Shown here one piece after another: positions 32,095 through 44,007 of a stretch of DNA of 64,000 bases. A program made the translations under genes and the position numbers. How positions within the stretch are numbered: position 1 is the stretch's first letter; each line of letters opens with the position of its first letter. This stretch comes from Paramoeba atlantica (lineage: Eukaryota > Protista > Discosea), in assembly GCA_977017575.1 (NCBI GenBank), contig CDRNVI010000044.1:248001-312000 (forward strand), in the 5' to 3' direction. The notes under the pieces were generated by a model. The model ran no database searches. It was given only the letters and a program-made list of their open reading frames with translations, and was not told the DNA's origin.

Positions 32095-34722
32095 TTGAAA
32101 AATGTAAAAAAGGAACACGCCCCGGAAGCACTCAGGATCAAGGCCGATCGCTTCTCCTCCTTCATGGCTCTATATGAGGAGTTCTGCACGATGGAGGCCC
32201 ACCTCCAAAGGGCACAGGCGAGTGCGATGGCTGGCGGCCCACCCTGGCCCCAGCCCACCTTTCGTTCTCCCCCTCATCCCACACCTTTCCCCGGATAGCG
32301 ACGAAGCTAATCCCCCCGCAGGCTACACCTGCACCGCCAACCAATCCCCTGGTCGACTCTGTTTCAGAACCCTTCAAGATCCTACTCGATCTCGGGCCGG
32401 AGCGTGCCGGATATGCCACTACCCCCTGCCCACCGGACTCCTCTTTCCAAGCTTTCCTCCGCACAGTGGGGAACACTTTAGGGGTCCCTGGGGAAAATCT
32501 CCTCCTCAAAGACAGTGCTGGCGAAACCACCCCTATCACCGATCGGGAGGGCCTAGATCGCGCTCAACGAGTAGTGGTCAGCCTGTCCCTACCTCCGTAC
32601 AACCTCCGTAACAACGAGGCGGCCGTTATTTGGGTGTACGATGGATCCATGTACGGGTTCATTAACGCCCCCGGACTACAGGCGGCCCACAACATCCCGG
32701 CCGGTCTGAGTGAGATTCTCGGTATTCCCCCAGTGCTGACCGGAGCTTGGAAACCTCGCGAATACGAGGAGGGTATGCTATGGTGTTTCCTCCCTACAGA
32801 AACCCTAGTCAGCGAAACGGGATGGACCACCCGGGTTGTCAAATGCAATCTACGCAGGGGATGCATCGAGGCAAACCCTGGCCCCAGACACAAGAACCGA
32901 GGGTCGCTGGCCTCATCCGCCCCCCAGCCCCGGCAGGCACCGAGCGAGACCCCGAGTGCCCTCCTCCAGGAGCCCGACGCCCCTTCCCACAGCAGGGAAG
33001 GAACTATCATGGAAGGTATCGCGGCTGTGACCTCACCTCAACACCCTCCTCTCCATGCATCTTCCTCCCATGCTCCGCCTCCGTACTCCCACCGCGCAGG
33101 GCTGGACCCCCCCGACATGGCCCCCAGCGCCACGCCCCCTCATACCCAAGGCGCGGGCACTGAGCAGGGTAACGTCACGCCTTCCCCGGACAGCCTAGCC
33201 CAGCTCCTCGATAGGGGCTCACTACGTAAACTGTACGCAGTCCAATGCCCCGCGTGGAAAGACTACGTCAAATCTATCTGTAGCGACTTCTTGAGGAAGT
33301 CGCAGGAAGGGAAGACCAAAATCGCCTGGGATCTTCTTCTCGGGGTCAAACGATTCCTGTTTTTCCCCGAGGACAGCTGTCCCAGAGGCAGTTGGCGAGG
33401 GAGTTACGGAAACGGGCTCACCTAGAGGGGTCCGAATCCATCGCTCCAAATCCCCTCCTCACCAACAGCTTCCCCCGTTCTGTTATCAAAGGGGTTATCG
33501 AGCTGATCCGGGCGGGGGCTTTCTCGAGGGCGGCTAAAATTTTGGAAGCCCCCCTCGATCCACCGGCAAACCCGGCTACAGCGGGGGAACAGGTGAAACG
33601 CCTCCACCCAGCAGGAGGTCCTTATAACACCCCCAAGTTCGTCTATGAAAAGGAATGTCATGGACCCCTCCCGTCGGCGGCAGACGTTGTCCGTAAGGCA
33701 ACTAGCCTTGCGCCGCTTAGAGCGCCAGGCCCGTCCGGATGGACCAAAGAACTCCTGGTCCCCATCCTGCAGGAGGACGACCCGAGGGACGTGGTCACTT
33801 GGATCATCCAAGGGATCCTCACGAGCTCCCTCCCTCCCACGATGAGGGATTTCCTCACGGGAGCCAACCTCAAGCTCTTTAACAAGCCTGGGGCCTCTGT
33901 GGGACATCACTCATCCTATAGGCCCATAGCCATGGGGGAGGTCATCCTGAAGCTCGCGGGTCTTCTAGCCCTTGAACAGGTCAGAGACCACCTCCCTGCT
34001 GTGTTCCAGGGCCTCCAATTCGGAGCCCAATACACCCAAGGATGCGAGCACGTCGTGTGTGAAGTGAGAGATCACTTCCGTGACAGGCCCGACGAGGTGG
34101 TCGTGGCGGTCGACCTGGAAAATGCTTTTAACAGCATTTCCCGCGCGGCCATTTTCCGAGCCTTGAAAAGGTACCCGAACCTTTCCCCTATGCTCGGGAT
34201 CTCCCTTTTCGGGTACGGGACCCCTAGCAAGCTCCACCTGGGGGAGGGGATTGCCATCCCTAGCTCCCGGGGGGGTGAAACAAGGGGACCCGATGGCGCC
34301 CATCCTGTTCGCCTTAGGGATACAGGGCGCCATCTCGGCCGTGGCGGCAAAATACTCTGGCTGCCTAAAGCTATGGGCATATCTGGATGATATAACCTTA
34401 GCCGCGGAGCCCGGGGTGTGCGTAAATGCCCTTGGCTCCATGGAAGCGGAGATCAAGTTTTTGGGCTTAAAGCTCAACACGGCCAAGTGCATGGTGGCTA
34501 CCCGCCACCCGGACTTGTACTCGGCCTTCTCGGGGAGCAGGATGCAACATGCTCCGGGGGGGTTCAAGCTTCTGGGGGCGTATATTGGCGCCACGGGAGC
34601 AGTTGAAGAGGGATGGGTCCTATCGAAGGTTCCCAAGGTCACAAACTTCTTGGGTAAGCTGAAGGACTTACCCAGGCAGTGCGCCCTTCCCCTTCTTCGC
34701 CTATGCGGGAGCGCCCGGTGGA
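32095..34722 (+). mobile_element. CRE/SLACS-like non-LTR retrotransposon fragment, truncated at both ends
   Basis: APGPSGW, YRPIAMGE, QFG, DLENAFNSISR, GVKQGDPMAP, WAYLDD, GFKLLG. Collinear with the 58.3-62.8 kb copy. One extra G near 34270 shifts the RT frame. Confidence 0.9.
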
Positions 34723-34794
34723 AATAATGCTTCACTTTCACCCTTTCTACTTCTATACTATTATACTTTCGACTTACTTACACAACGTCACTCT

Positions 34795-35753
34795 TCAAAC
34801 TTTAACAAACAGGTATTCGAATTTCTTCGGACATTCCCACCGTAAAACCCTTCTCGGCCGCTTCTTCAACTTTCTTGCTGTCTTGGTGACCTCCGTAAGG
34901 CTGAGTGAATCAAAAGAGTCGGTCGCCTTGTGCTATTGACGAATTAGGCGATTCATGTTTTCCACCGCCCCCTTTTTCCATGAGTGGTACGGAGCGCAGA
35001 AATATGATAATTACAACGAAACTTTTCATTCACCCGCTCATGTTTCGAAAATTCTGTACCGTTGTCGTACGTAATGGTACAAAGTTTATAATTCTTTAAG
35101 CCCTTTATAATTTGATTTGCAACTCCTTCCGCATGCTTTGATCGTAGCACACGTAGCACAACGAACCGACTCTTTCTCTCACACAAGGTCAGAATGTACC
35201 CTGAGTGGTTTTTTCCTTCCACTAGGTCCGCTTCCCAATCCCCATACCGACGCCTCTTGTTAACTATCTCAGGGCGAAGACGGATGGGGACTCTGCTTGG
35301 GATCGTTGGGCGACCTCGTTTGAAGCGACGCCTACAAGGACGCTTGCCACGAATCCGAAGGGATTTGTAGAGCTTCCCGCCGTCGTCTTTGTCGCGTGCC
35401 ACATGGAGATAAATAGTGGTCACGGACGGTGAAGCTTGGGAGCCAACAACTAAGGTGTTGGCTACCTGTTCGGGGCTGTGAAGTTGTCCTAAGCGCTTCT
35501 TAATGTGGCGCTCCACAGGCCCACGGATAAGCCGGGGAAGCACAGCCATACTTACCAGGCGGCGCTTTGACACTCTGTGTGCGCGGCTGGCTTCGTAACA
35601 CCGGCCCCGTTTCTTGTTACGGGCCAGATCACGGCTAACGGTGCTCTGGGATTTACCGATGGCCGTGCCGATCTCACGCCTTGTCGCGTGTGCCTCGAGC
35701 ATCTCTTGAATGGTGACTCTGTCCCTTTGCCCGGGCCTCTGATATTTTGACAT
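34795..35753 (-). pseudogene. IS30-family transposase with one frameshift and one in-frame stop
   Basis: HTH IGKSQSTVSRDLARN, HSPEQVA, TIY, RPEIVNKRRRYGDWEADLV, TLCERKSR, TITYDNGTEF. After a frameshift near 35010: YFCAPYHSWKKGAVENMNRLIRQ*...RPRRVL.W..P, stop at 34795-34797. Confidence 0.92.
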
Positions 35754-36220
35754 GAGGAATAATGAAAAGAACAATTAGAGTATACAGTATAGATATTGGG
35801 ATTATAGTAGAATAGAACTAGCAACGAATTTCCAAAAATAGACTTTTGGTGCACTGGATATGATAATCTAAAAAAATGGTGCACTGGATATGATAATCCG
35901 CCGATACACCCCCGCCAAAAAGTATTGTAATTTATTAGTATCGACCACGAATTTTTGGTCAAACACTCAAAATACAATAGGGGAAATAAATTTGAAAAAA
36001 TATTTTTTTGCTATTTTTTTCGCCAAATTGGACTTTTTTCCAAAAAAGAATTCAAAAAAATCCGAATTTGGCGATCCCGTCCTGCGGATACGCGGTAGGG
36101 TGGGAAAATGTACGCCAAGACCCCGGCTACCCTTCTGCGGTTTTTTTATTTTTTTATTTTCCCGGCGTATGCCCCCCTAGGGGGGTCTAGGGGGGGTTCT
36201 GTTTTTGTTCACTTTCTTTT

Positions 36221-36262
36221 CAATAATGGAGGGTAGAGCGGTAGTTATACAACCACCGCAAT
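36221..36262 (+). repeat. Dispersed ~40-bp repeat; further copies at 42091-42120, 42121-42162 and 42872-42905
   Basis: Consensus caataatggagggtagagcggtagttatacaaccaccgcaat. Confidence 0.8.
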
Positions 36263-36354
36263 CATAATTAATGACAGGGGGAGTAGTACTTTTTTGCCTA
36301 TCAGTAATGATATTGGATACGAAATGCTGCATTTTAATTAAGCAACTCTAGAAG

Positions 36355-37881
36355 ATGAAGGAGATGGACAAGCACAATATTTCTAACGAATCCTTGCATT
36401 CGTCACAGACAATCGTTACCTTCTCGGAGGCGTGTGACAAGATGCGCACCTTCAAACATCGCATTCGGAAAATGTTTCATATTCATCTTGAAAACTTGAA
36501 GAAAAATTATAAAGAAAAAAATTCTCTTTATGATTCTAGGCTTTCGACTCCTGATAAAATGGTTCCTTATCAACGCACAAACATCTTGACGGGGGAGTCC
36601 CTAAAATGCTTCAACTCTGCGACATACGATTTATACGCCGCGCATCGCTTCTCTAGAGTGTGCGAGCATAGGCCAAACGTTTTGGATCAATCTATTATGT
36701 TGCTGAAGTTAGCTATAACAGCCATCCCGACTACCACAAGCGGTATAAATTCTCCTGATCAACTACTGCATGAATTGAATAAAAGCTACTTTAATTACGT
36801 GTCGAAAATCACAATATTCTTTGATGCTTCAAAAGACGTTGACCAATTGATGAAATACGATATTCACGAGCCACTCGCTGAGTGGGTTCCCAGAAGAAGG
36901 GATCTGGAATCTTCGCTTACCACGCTGCTTTTTAAGGTTCCAACATCGTTAAAGAAAGACATCAACGGTACGAACAAGCACTACAATAACAGGAATATTA
37001 TTATTGAAATAGAACCTGCCGAACAATTGAACATATACGCAGTGCATCACTCCTTACTCGCTACGTACCTGGAAGTACCCTATTGTCCTCGATTATTCAA
37101 TGGAAAATATACTTCCGGGGAGAAATGCGAAGGTTATAGCGTGAAAGAATTAATTAGAATTATATTATCCAAGGTAACTGGTGCACATCCAAGTATGAAA
37201 GATAGGTCACTGACTAGGTACGCGTATATCACAGAAGCAGCATTTTTAAGAGCTAAGCGTTTCACAGATGCTAATCAGTTGCTTGAGTGTGAGAAAATTG
37301 GTTTTTCTATTCAACATGCGGGACTGGACCGTATTTTAAATCCAGTGCTTTTCGATTTCCCAGAGAAATGGTGTTCCCAGGGTGTGACAAAAACATTTAT
37401 TCGAAACTTAAGGGAAAAGAAAAATTTCCCAGATCGTATTCCTTCTCTTGTTTTGCTGGACGTGCTTCTATCACCACTTTTTATATATAAATCCAGAGCA
37501 AAACGTTTTCTGTATCCCGTGGATATGAGCAGATCTACTGAAGGGACACCAAGCCAGGAGTCGCCAACATCCGATACAGCAATAAGAAGTCCAGAGATTA
37601 TGCTTCTGGAAAAGGGGATGTGTATTGAATTTGCGGCAACAACGAAGTCCAGTGAAATAGCTAGTAAGTCTTATTGTGAACCGACGTTTCCTGCACACAC
37701 GTACGAATTGTTACTTTTTCACATGCGGAAAGATGACACTTGCCTAAACCAATATGTACATCATATATTGTTCCACCAGAGAGTCCTCACATCAATTAGC
37801 GCACAACCTATGAAATGGATACGGGAACTTGTGAAATCAAGAGTTCGGAAAATCCGTGAAGACATCCCAGATATCAAGTAA
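36355..37881 (+). CDS. Hypothetical protein (508 aa)
   Basis: Long uninterrupted ORF on the gene-cluster strand with host-like composition; no motif recognised. Confidence 0.6.
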   Translation: MKEMDKHNISNESLHSSQTIVTFSEACDKMRTFKHRIRKMFHIHLENLKKNYKEKNSLYDSRLSTPDKMVPYQRTNILTGESLKCFNSATYDLYAAHRFSRVCEHRPNVLDQSIMLLKLAITAIPTTTSGINSPDQLLHELNKSYFNYVSKITIFFDASKDVDQLMKYDIHEPLAEWVPRRRDLESSLTTLLFKVPTSLKKDINGTNKHYNNRNIIIEIEPAEQLNIYAVHHSLLATYLEVPYCPRLFNGKYTSGEKCEGYSVKELIRIILSKVTGAHPSMKDRSLTRYAYITEAAFLRAKRFTDANQLLECEKIGFSIQHAGLDRILNPVLFDFPEKWCSQGVTKTFIRNLREKKNFPDRIPSLVLLDVLLSPLFIYKSRAKRFLYPVDMSRSTEGTPSQESPTSDTAIRSPEIMLLEKGMCIEFAATTKSSEIASKSYCEPTFPAHTYELLLFHMRKDDTCLNQYVHHILFHQRVLTSISAQPMKWIRELVKSRVRKIREDIPDIK

Positions 37882-39489
37882 CAATTACTCTTGCAATATT
37901 ATGTATTAAGGAGAATATTTCTAAAGTTTTTATCTGCACCGTAATTTGACCTACTTTACTGTTATTGAACTTATTATTATTGAACTGATCTCTTGCATTA
38001 CTGCGGATAAAAAATCTCCTCGTCACTACAAATTCCTTGCACCTTGTATTGAGATACTTGCATATTCTTTTCATATAGAATTTTAAAAATAGGTTTTTAT
38101 ACCGCAAAACAGCCCGAAATTTCGTGATCTATTGAATGCCGAACGAATTAGGTGAAAGGCACTCACGACATAAATTTTAGACCCCCCCGGAAAGTGATGA
38201 CCCCCACTGTGTATTTCTGACTCCATTTCCCATAAAACCTTTTTGCCCCGCACACCAGACCCCATAGCCGTTGCCGTTTGTGTCCCTTAGTATACATTTT
38301 CGCAATTGAACGTGAATACATTTAAGCCATGTTCCTTTGTTCCATACCAGTTTATTTTAATGCCATTACGAAGCAAGCGAAGACTTATACCTACCAAAGA
38401 TTGGAATTCTCGAGCTAAAAAACGGCTAAGTAGTCACACACTTGTTAGTCGATTACTTTTTGGGTATGACGTCACAAACGTACATGAATGTATTGCCAGG
38501 TACAATGGTATATCCAAAGAAAGCTGGATTTCTTCCCGTCGTGCTGCTCATCCTTGGTCTAACACGAAAAAAAGAAAGCATCATCGTGTGAAGGTGGATG
38601 TTCCACACAGGTCGAAAAAGCTTAATTTCTGTCAACTGTGTCCAGTAGTTTTGGGAATCGTATCGCACTTTGCCCCCAAAGTGCACGTTCCACGGTCTGA
38701 TGCAATGGAAGAAGTTTGCACGCAACCGCAGACTTCAACAGAAACATTATCCTCTGAAAAAAATACGCGTCACGTGGAGCATTATTTTTCTCACCTTGCT
38801 CGGTACGGTAATTAGCAATATGTATATTCCGTTCATGCCTTTATTTTTTCGGTCTATATTTGTAAGTGATATCTACGGCTTTCTCCGTCGTCTTATAATG
38901 GTCATCGCCATACAACGCCCGAATAAGTTCGGCTGCCGCGTTTCGACGGCGGCAAACGGGTATCTTGCAGAGAGAATTGATAAAAATGAATAATTATTTA
39001 TTTTTAATTATTTATCTATACAGATCTTTTATCACATTTTTATGCCATAAATCTCGGTGATGCGTATCCAATGTGTTAGACTCCCTAATGTATGTACCAA
39101 CTAATCCGCTTCCGAAATGGTTACGCTTTGTGAACTTGTTCGGGGGGGGTAAATAGATGGAAGAGTTAGAACATTGAAGGATAACTAAAATATTAATTTT
39201 CTGAGTACTATTTTTTTCGCGTTTACGCCCTCTAAATGGTGCAGTCATTGGGCAACTACTTTCAACCTTACTGGATGGATATCTTCATGGTGCACTCATT
39301 GGACTAATACATTCAACCTTACTGGATACACTGTATGTACATGACATCAATCATTGCTTCCGATTCTCGCAATCATAGTGCAGATCATCCGTAACTTCAA
39401 GAGGTTGATAATCGGGTCAGGTTCAGCCAATATTGCGAAAGCACAATTAAAAATCAATCATTTCTTTCTCAGAAGCGCATAAAATGAAC

Positions 39490-39793
39490 TACCGTATACC
39501 CCCCCCCCCAGTAATAGAATCGATTTTGGACCCAAAAAGGCCAAATCTGTGTCACTGGGGGGGTATGCTTTTTTGGTGGGAAAAGACCTTTTTTATTCAT
39601 GGGTCGTTGAATTTCTGTCCAGACAACCCCGCAACTACGCCATTCGTTCCCGCGCAACCACCCTCACCCAGCCCAGCGACCCCACCCGCTCAAACACCCC
39701 CTCCCCCCTCCACCCACCCTCCCGAGCTAAATCCTTGTTACTGGGGGTCAGCCCAAAAATGGTCAAATCTCTGTTACTGGGGGGTATACGGTA
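39490..39793. mobile_element. TA-flanked MITE
   Basis: ta-ccgtatacc(c)n-agtaa and ttactggggggtatacgg-ta; internal t(t/c)actggggg repeats. Confidence 0.75.
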
Positions 39794-40415
39794 GCATAAA
39801 TTTATCTCAAAATAGAAGTGCTGCATGTCCTCAAACCCGCTGCACTTTCCAACCTTGCTCATGGCCATGGCTCTAGCACATGAAATATCTGAACACCATG
39901 CACAAATCGTAGTAACCCCTTCGCTAGATATACAGAAATACACTCGTAAAGCAAAAATGGCCCAAAAAATGCTAAACAAAGGATGCCTAATACACTTGTA
40001 GTTTTACAAAATAATAACAAGGAAAAGGAAATCGTTAAAAAGCATATGACTTTTTTGTGAAATATTGGCTTAATTCCACCGATAATCGAACGGTTTGAGT
40101 TAAGAATACTCGGAGAAACTGAATACAGATTTAAATTTGGCAAAATCTAAAGATGATACGCATCATCTTGGCCAGATCTCCGTTATTTTGAGCAGTACAA
40201 GTAGGGCCCCTTCGCCCAAAAAATCAGACTCAGAGTTTGAAACTTGGGATTCATTCAGTTGACTCATTCAACCCCATACGTAGTATGGGACTCATTCAAC
40301 CCCATACGTAGTAGGGTACCACCTACAGTACCTTACGTACGGTATCGTACCCCCTATATTATGCAGAAGAAGAAGAAGAAGACAGTAGGGTACCCCCTAC
40401 ATAATATAGGGGGCA

Positions 40416-40536
40416 TACCGTAGAAACGGAAATTAAGGAATATTTTAATTAAGGAAGATTTCTTTGTGACGCGAAATTATTTCCTTAATTAAAGTTTTCT
40501 TATTCTTAATTCACCTTAATTTCCGTTTCTACGGTA
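40416..40536. mobile_element. 121-bp TA-flanked mini-MITE
   Basis: Perfect 23-bp TIRs (TA included): taccgtagaaacggaaattaagg and ccttaatttccgtttctacggta. Confidence 0.8.
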
Positions 40537-41055
40537 GTATAAAGTCTACAACAGTATGTTTTAAAATTTATTTAGGCTCTTCTTGAAGCGCTGTGGTTGT
40601 TTTTAACTTAGAAGTCACGCATGCTGTGCGCTTCGCGTTGAAAACTACCACCGCGTTAACGAAGATCCTAAAAAAAATTGGCCTGGAAAGCTGAAGAAAA
40701 GAGAAAGATTATAGCCAAAAATAGCCGACTTTTAGGTAAAAATGGGGTCATTTTTGGATATTTTTGATGTCAGAGCACTAAATCCGACATTTGGGACGCG
40801 TGTGAAATCACTCGTAGGCATGAATGAAAACCTACCGAACGTATGGGGTAGAGAATACGACTCCAACCACACCATTATTTCTACACAAAAAGGCCCCTCG
40901 GGGTCCGAAAAATACTTTTTCACCTGTTTTAGTAAAAAATGGGTCATTTTCGCGGGCATACCACGACTTGAAGAAGGGATATCTGGCAAAAACAACTGCG
41001 GAGAAAGCTAGTATAGGTCCCAAGCTATCAAAATACAATAGGGCAAACGATTTTG

Positions 41056-42053
41056 GAAAAATATTTAGGTAACCGGCACTATAAATGTAGGTTAAAATCC
41101 ATTTTTGTTGTTGTAAAAAACTATTTTTTCCCTCATTTAGTCAAGCATTATCTATTACCCTCAACAATTTCTAACGAGAGGACGAGGTCCCACAGGAACC
41201 TTTCGTGCCCGTCGAAGAAAAATGGGAAACCACCCCAATCGATTACATGGGGAACCAATCCAAATACAAAAATAAATCCAATATCCAATGAGACCGACTC
41301 AAAAATTGCGAAACAATCCAGAATAATCCAACTTTTGGTACAAATACCCGATTCTCTCCATATTTCGGACGTTTTTTGGAGTCTTACCATTAGAGGTAGG
41401 TGGTACATCTGATTGAAAAAACGTGTGGTCTGGTAAGTAACCAGAACCAGAAGTGACCCGAAAAACAGCCAAAACAAGATTCTTGATGAATACGAACCTT
41501 GGAAGGAAGCCTAAAACCATGTGTTTTGGACCCAGGGGGTACCAGGGGGTCCCTACAAACAAAGGGCAGCAAAGCGCTTAACCAGGAAAACGGAATCTAT
41601 CCAATGCTGCGAAAATAAGTATAAAATTAAACGGATAAAAAAACTCAAAATTCCGCGGGGGGGGGAGATATCTTGAAACCACTGTACTTTTGATCCTCAC
41701 CACGTTTTCGCATTAACACGACTTTTTTTGACACAACATTTGTCGCCTCGACTTTTGTTGACAAAACTTTTTTGCCCCCTGTAAGCAAAGGCTTCTGAAA
41801 CTGAGGCGCCGCGAAGCGGCACCGATTTTTGTTTCGTGTTTCGGATTTTCATTTCATCCCCCCCTTTAATAGAGACAAATGACGAAATTGTTTCTTCATT
41901 AAAGGGGGGCACAGTAAAATAAAAAAATTAACTAAGAAAAGAGATCAACGAAAGATCAAAAACTTTTTCCTGAGTCCTTTTGGGCAAGATTGTTCAAACA
42001 AATTTTACTTGTTTTCAACCTACGTTTATAGTGCCGGTGAACCAAATATTTCT
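41056..42053. mobile_element. ~1-kb segment between imperfect inverted repeats related to the 4354-5417 TIR motif
   Basis: aaatatttaggtaaccggcactataaatgtaggttaaaa versus ttttcaacctacgtttatagtgccggtgaaccaaatattt; shares the ggcactataa core. Confidence 0.55.
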
Positions 42054-43021
42054 TTTGTCATTTCTTTCGCCAAGTTGAGTGTTTTTTCCAAAGGGTAGAG
42101 CGGTAGTTTTACAACGACTGCAATAATCGAGGGTAGGGCGGTAGTTATACAACCACCGCAATTATCATAAGTATTCAACCGAAGACATTCATCCTGATGA
42201 TTATCACATCCGTGTTTCAGCTGAACGAACTATGATGACATTTTTGATCAAAACTGAAAATATTTTTGTAGATTTCAGTCTGGAAACGTAACGTCCATAA
42301 TTCGAACGCTTTCTGATAAATTTAGCAATAATTGTGTATAACTGTGTATAATTACGTAGTCCATAAGTTGATGGACTAAAACGAATTAAGAATTGGTTTT
42401 GAACTGAAAATCCTGACCTACTTTTTCGGTGTAACTTAAATCGTGAGGATGGGCCTAGGTATGATCACGTCGTTCACAGTTCCTTTAGAAATTTTGGAAA
42501 TTAAATTGGGAACTAAAGTACATTATCCTAAAATCTTTAATGTTGTCAAATGTCCTAGTTTGCTGCAGGTGATGAGTCACATCCTTCAGTGATCACATCT
42601 CACTGTACTCAGGTAATGAGTGCAACCATAGTGAAACGCTTGTACATACTAAACGAATCACTTGTTATACCTAGTAGTAGTTTTCTTCAAAGATGATGAC
42701 ACATGCACTGAACCTTAGGACACCTTCAGAAGTATACAGCAAGAGTGTACTATGATAAGTAAACAGCGTTGTTATACTGAAATATTTTTGTCACTTGTTA
42801 ACTGTGAAACTCCTTTATCCTCTTTTAATATCTCATCTCTTGGATACCTCTTTTAATCACGGGACAGGCTTCAATAATGGAGGGTAGAGCAGTAGTTACG
42901 CAATCATCGCAGCATAGTAGTATAGTGTAAGATCTTTATTTCCTTTTCTTTGGATCATTAGTGCTATTACAGGTACATTGTGTATAATACAGTGTATAAT
43001 TGTGTATGTAATTGTGTATAA

Positions 43022-43510
<489 letters not shown>

Positions 43511-44007
43511 AAAAGTACTCTTTCGAACGTTATGAACTTATTTTACTGCTTTCTGAAAGGAAAGCGAAAATGGTTGAAGTCACTTCATTTTTCTCTTGCT
43601 TGGTTTTTAGGGTCGCAGAGGACTGTACTACGCTATTTAGCCTCAACCGATCAATCTCTCTTTTTGGTAGTTATTTTTCCTTATCCTGAACATAGAATCA
43701 TTATTAGATAAAGGCAAAACTGATGCGTTGTCGGAATACAATAGCATTGGCAGTCAAAAAGATTTTTTCATAAATGTGTCACTTACACTTGTATACTTGA
43801 TGGGAAACTTGTGATGACAGATAGCAGCGGTTTTTCCATGTCTATAGAAACGGCTTATACAATTTGACATCTACATACAAGTGTATGTAGATCGATGTAT
43901 AATCGATATGGACTTGCGTCTCTTAATACCAGTATATAGATTCGAATCTTTAGAATCAAGTTCAAGAGCAACTTTACTGCATTAACTTAAGCAGCTAAAT
44001 AGTAGTT

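Larger units (their letters stand above)
31348..35899. mobile_element. Composite element bounded by 23-bp TIRs, each with a subterminal tandem copy
   Basis: ggattatcatatccagtgcacca (31348-31370) is the exact reverse complement of tggtgcactggatatgataatcc (35877-35899). Second copies lie at ~31380-31395 and ~35848-35869. No TSD found. Confidence 0.75.

Noticed and set aside
34795-35753. Bacterial contamination as the explanation for the IS30 sequence
   Set aside because: It is pseudogenised, has no bacterial neighbours and abuts a eukaryotic retroposon inside TIR-bounded DNA. A chimeric join cannot be excluded without reads.
40261-40412. Short direct and inverted repeats (gactcattcaacccc-atacgtagta x2; cccctatattatg / cataatatagggg)
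   Set aside because: No regular repeat-spacer periodicity; probably debris of adjacent MITEs.
43869-43892. Perfect 10-bp hairpin atctacatac-aagt-gtatgtagat upstream of ZIP4
   Set aside because: Isolated AT-rich palindrome with no second copy or supporting context.
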